A stretch of DNA of 64,000 nucleotides from an uncultured Gemmatimonadales bacterium. Its GTDB lineage: Bacteria > Gemmatimonadota > Gemmatimonadetes > Longimicrobiales > Longimicrobiaceae. The translations under genes were made by a program, and so were the position numbers. How positions within the stretch are numbered: the stretch's first letter is position 1; the number at the start of each line of letters is the position of its first letter. Where the stretch lies: assembly GCA_963716255.1 (NCBI GenBank), contig OY970303.1:4960001-5024000 (forward strand), read 5' to 3'. Below are positions 61,601 to 64,000 of this stretch, one piece after another. Under the pieces are notes generated by a model. It was not told where the DNA came from. It saw nothing but the letters and a program-made list of their open reading frames with translations, and did not search any database.

Positions 61601-62328
61601 GGACGGCCGTGCTCCTGGGGCAGCCGCTGGCGCTGGCCCGCGCCTCCCTCACGCTGTCGCTGGACGGACCGCCGCCCGCCGATGCCTCGTGGGCGTCGTT
61701 CACGGCGGCCGTGCTGGGCAGCGAATCGCTCCCCACCGCGCCGGACGGCGGGCTCACGCAGCTGCGCGTTCCCGTGCGCCTGGGCGCGCCCGGCCGCCTG
61801 GGCGACACGCTCGTGGGATACTGGACGGCGCCCGGCGGAAGCACCGACTGGGCCTCGTTCTACGCCCCCGCCGCCTCGTCCTGGGACGGACCCGTGGGCC
61901 CGCCGTCGCTCGACACCGTCACCCTCGCGCCGCGCGCCGACTCCGCCGCCGACGCCGTGGTGACGATGCTGCTGGATCCGCGCGGCGCCGTGCACGCCAC
62001 CACGGGCCTCCTCCCCGTGGACGCCGTCTCCCTTCCCCCGTCGCAGTACGCGGACGCGATGCGGCAGCTGGCCGTGGCGTTCGCGGCGGGACCCGTCCTC
62101 TCCGGCAGCAACGCGCCGGCCGAGGGCGACGGCCCGCCGCCCATGACGCTCGTGCGCCCGCGGGTGGCGTCGGGCGCGTGGACGTGGGTGACGGTGGACC
62201 GCGGCGCGTGGGCCTCCGTGCCGCTGGACGACGCCCCGAGCGCCGCCGGCACCCTCTCGTACTCGCCGCAGCGCGTCTCCGACGGCTGGATGGTCCTCAC
62301 CGGGCCCGGCACCTCTTCCTCCTCCTGA
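58642..62328 (+). CDS. Uncharacterised large protein (about 1228 aa) with a central coiled-coil
   Basis: LLVPIRVSAL, GVHLHWSLP, VPSRWMVVR, YYPNCSSVFGFHD, helical LNDLEYRL...WQKY, LLDTFGR, LPPRVVQPSRLLFRW, VHATTGLLP; start uncertain. Confidence 0.8.
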   Translation: MPDPTLLVPIRVSALCVGAPDAQQALGQPPMADFAHLPYATGGTVHNRGPYTAGRATAAAAPFKGAAELPAGVHLHWSLPEGLSHAVASGPGEGSRFPAVPSRWMVVRVAVDAQGGYTTASWVVESDRLSVSATVPPGMAQPTVPWGAQPGQGFRYLGQAFDAATWAESSTSVDRLSPLTAVGYGEPTFASYYPNCSSVFGFHDPMSGYTAGTTLTYYVAGWYGDVGDDPLSAGGVAPGDNPYGWTWTGGETPTRTLCTGAVGDFAWSSGTAYLSRAPSALTAAVAASPQEALSALMADALAAAYPDQDFSSAEPLLNALQFGLLARPVTPDSLEAFEEAVHAAGFGALDGGVVWSVVPADSSGDAGEGSEATLPAGQGAMLDSLNDLEYRLSDLGRELAGRRQQLFVDWQKYLVTAYEPLRAPPTLRVRLTDVMAYVEDEVAAITAIAGLGGAMDTLQAQVDAASATLAAVLDPSLRLARTALAPRFHRPADPVLVLSGADVAPRGHPRTLGESGGFLRCRTASQLVTRLTVADGLLPGSAAESVSASQMPAVPVQPSTVPSDAFQGAFADAFFLNPGLQARVAKLVDYPGGSTNPAHMDFAATEAALRAAAAAFVAGKTPQGVAYDGDPSAPRAVSGWTGTPWEPLLLEYDVSFGPVQEVLPSGGTFQYPPDYLLQDFAFDEDSIDLVYQGAAPTAGQRYVGSAVLSAGAATDLAGALRRWIAGTGSDDPRVAEALDAVTRMPLLAQGMAGMGAEMTMRRQALQMTVSDPLAPEPVQAFVARVRDAVGDETAFSPLPEVSFNPVRAGTLSVVRLRLLDTFGRTMEYTAPRVVVARGLVPEPELGLPSGTAFLPPRVVQPSRLLFRWMSAAGAAESTAVPATSPVLGWVIPDYLDRSLALYSSEGAPLGTLGLSADGATVLWVAAPGGGWPLGTPLSTVMAGQDAELAAFARALQEGGAAYFAPFFQAVRDALAFSLPERFREGVGTAVLLGQPLALARASLTLSLDGPPPADASWASFTAAVLGSESLPTAPDGGLTQLRVPVRLGAPGRLGDTLVGYWTAPGGSTDWASFYAPAASSWDGPVGPPSLDTVTLAPRADSAADAVVTMLLDPRGAVHATTGLLPVDAVSLPPSQYADAMRQLAVAFAAGPVLSGSNAPAEGDGPPPMTLVRPRVASGAWTWVTVDRGAWASVPLDDAPSAAGTLSYSPQRVSDGWMVLTGPGTSSSS

Positions 62329-62347
62329 CGCGACGCGAGCCCCGACC

Positions 62348-64000
62348 ATGCCCAACCGCCGCCTCTACATGGGCACCGAGGTGCAGACGCTGGCCGCCGG
62401 CTGGCTGAACGACGACGGCACCGCGACCCTCTACCTCTCCAGCGACCCCGCCGACAACGGGGGCACGCTGCTGCTGGCCAACCACACCACCGGCCCCGTG
62501 GCCGTCCCCGCCGGGAGCCCCGTGGCGTACGGGAGCGCGCCCGCGGGCGCCGGCGTGCTGTACCTGTACTTCAACGGGCTGCTGACGAACGACCATGTGC
62601 GCGCCGTCTCGGTGGACGCGCCGGGGTGGTCGTCGGCCGTGTTCACGGACGCGGCGACGGAGCTCGCGTACCTGGCGATGGCGCCGTCGCAGGCGGTGAC
62701 GATGGTCGCGAACGGGGGCACGCTGTCGCTCCGGCTGTCCGGCGTCACGGCCACGGGCTCGCCGCGCGTGGGCAACCTCACGCTGGCGCTGGACGGGCTC
62801 ACCGGCGCGCCCGCGTACTCGTCCATCCGGTCGATCTTCGTGAACGTGGCCGCCACGCCGCAGGGCGGGAACCGGCGGCTGGAATTGCTGACGGAGTTCG
62901 TGGGGCAGGACTTCGTCTTCAACGACGACACGGTGAACGAGCTGCTGCTGGTGCTCACCAACCCTTCGTCGCAGCCGCTGGTGCCCGGGGGCGCGCCGGA
63001 CTGGGGCGGCGACCCGCCCACCTTCACCTTCTCGTTCGTCTTCGCCGCCGAGGGGCAGAACGAGGCCGGCGCGCTCACGGACCTGGGCCGCGCCGCCGGG
63101 CTGTCGGTGACGCTGACGGGCGACTACGGCAACGCGTGGCAGCCGGTGGCCAAGGTGACCGATGGCACCACGCCCGTGTGGGTTGCGCGGCCGGACCCGA
63201 ACGGCGGCGGCACCGTGCTGGGCACGGGCGCCAACGCCTCCGTCTCGTTCCGCATCTCCGGGCTGACGACCACGCAGCCGAAGGGCGCCACCTACCTGTA
63301 CGTGTCGTACGCGAACGTGCCGGGCTACGACGACGGCTACTTCGCGGTGGAGATCGTGAAGGTGCCGCCCGTGAGCGTGTCCCTCGACGCGTCGCCGGCG
63401 TCGTTCGCGAACGTCGCCTCCGCGCAGCAGACCCAGCTCACGTGGAGGGTGTCGAACGCCACCTACGCCACCGTCACGAACACCTCGTTCGCGCAGGCGG
63501 TGCCGCTGGAGGAGGGGTCGGGGGTGATCGACGTGAGCGTGGCGGCCACCACGGTGTTCACGCTGATCGCCAGCAACCACTACACGGGGCAGACGGTGGC
63601 CACCACCGCCACCGTCACGGTGACGCCCGACTCGTTCGGCCTCCTCCCCATCGGAACCATCGTGATGTGGTCCGGCCCGGTCGATTCCCCGCCGCCGGGA
63701 TGGCGCCTCTGCGACGGGACGAACGGCACGCCCGACCTCGTCACCCGGTTCATCCTGGGCGCGGGGAAGACGGAGACCATGACCGGGACCTCGGGGGGCT
63801 CGGCATCCCACAAGCACACGGGTTCGGCGGTGGTGACGGTGGCCAGCGCGGGCCAGCACTCGCACGGGATGCCGTCGGACTGGTGGAGCAACTCGGCCAG
63901 CAGCGGCAGCGGCGTGACCGTGGTGGACCGCGACGCGAAGAGCATCACCGACGCGCGCACGCAGTCGGCCGGCGACCACACGCACTCGGCGAGCGCCTCG
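62348..64000 (+). CDS. Tail-fibre-like protein with phage tail-collar domain and HxH motifs; partial, not in ORF track
   Basis: Open from ATG 62348 to window end (551 codons); beta-sandwich-like N-terminal part, then PIGTIVMWSG...PPGWRLCDGTNGTPDLVTRFILGAG, HKH, HSH, HTH. Confidence 0.85.
   Translation, partial: MPNRRLYMGTEVQTLAAGWLNDDGTATLYLSSDPADNGGTLLLANHTTGPVAVPAGSPVAYGSAPAGAGVLYLYFNGLLTNDHVRAVSVDAPGWSSAVFTDAATELAYLAMAPSQAVTMVANGGTLSLRLSGVTATGSPRVGNLTLALDGLTGAPAYSSIRSIFVNVAATPQGGNRRLELLTEFVGQDFVFNDDTVNELLLVLTNPSSQPLVPGGAPDWGGDPPTFTFSFVFAAEGQNEAGALTDLGRAAGLSVTLTGDYGNAWQPVAKVTDGTTPVWVARPDPNGGGTVLGTGANASVSFRISGLTTTQPKGATYLYVSYANVPGYDDGYFAVEIVKVPPVSVSLDASPASFANVASAQQTQLTWRVSNATYATVTNTSFAQAVPLEEGSGVIDVSVAATTVFTLIASNHYTGQTVATTATVTVTPDSFGLLPIGTIVMWSGPVDSPPPGWRLCDGTNGTPDLVTRFILGAGKTETMTGTSGGSASHKHTGSAVVTVASAGQHSHGMPSDWWSNSASSGSGVTVVDRDAKSITDARTQSAGDHTHSASAS

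Noticed and set aside
51940..63985. Long antisense/alternate ORFs (51940..55593, 53301..56306, 59212..62355, 62297..63985)
   Set aside because: Mirror frames of the + strand operon; the true last gene is the + strand ORF from 62348.
50307..64000. Calling the operon a prophage, eCIS/T6SS or Tc toxin
   Set aside because: No sheath, tube, baseplate, VgrG, capsid, terminase, SpvB or RHS/YD motifs recognised; only the collar domain is phage-like. Genes beyond the window cannot be excluded.

Overview
High-GC bacterial window; gene style suggests a Gemmatimonadota/Longimicrobium-like organism (inference). It has six blocks. (1) 1-8.5 kb: a more AT-rich, island-like segment with a large serine recombinase split into two ATGA-coupled ORFs, XRE/C-protein-like regulators, an ECF sigma factor, a Cas4/AddB-like 4-Cys PD-(D/E)XK nuclease, a TPR-like protein, and a 21-bp direct repeat bracketing an MFS fragment. 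(2) 8.7-20 kb: DUF2231, an ApeA-like HEPN protein, a run of redox/envelope gene fragments, and an ArsR/SmtB-regulated czcCBA-like RND metal efflux operon. (3) 20-27 kb: a porin plus small PstS-like protein, an NtrBC-type two-component system, and a sigma54-preceded operon with two Tat-signal Rieske proteins. (4) 27-36.8 kb: a flippase-PLD fusion, a YqcI/YcgG + DUF1989 pair, GT2, VIT1, a second patch of gene fragments and an intact IS630. (5) 36.8-49.6 kb: a potassium locus (kdpE, membrane kinase, kup, lipoprotein, small peptide, kdpFABC, TorF-like porin, KdpD-N/USP, His-less kinase) with four conserved 18-bp boxes. (6) 50.3-64 kb: the best candidate for an undescribed system, a tightly packed operon of a DNase I-like EEP nuclease, a DUF6603-like 1444-aa beta-rich protein, three uncharacterised proteins, and a partial phage tail-collar/HxH fibre protein missing from the ORF track. 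No sheath, tube or capsid genes are visible. All family names are from motif recognition, not database searches.
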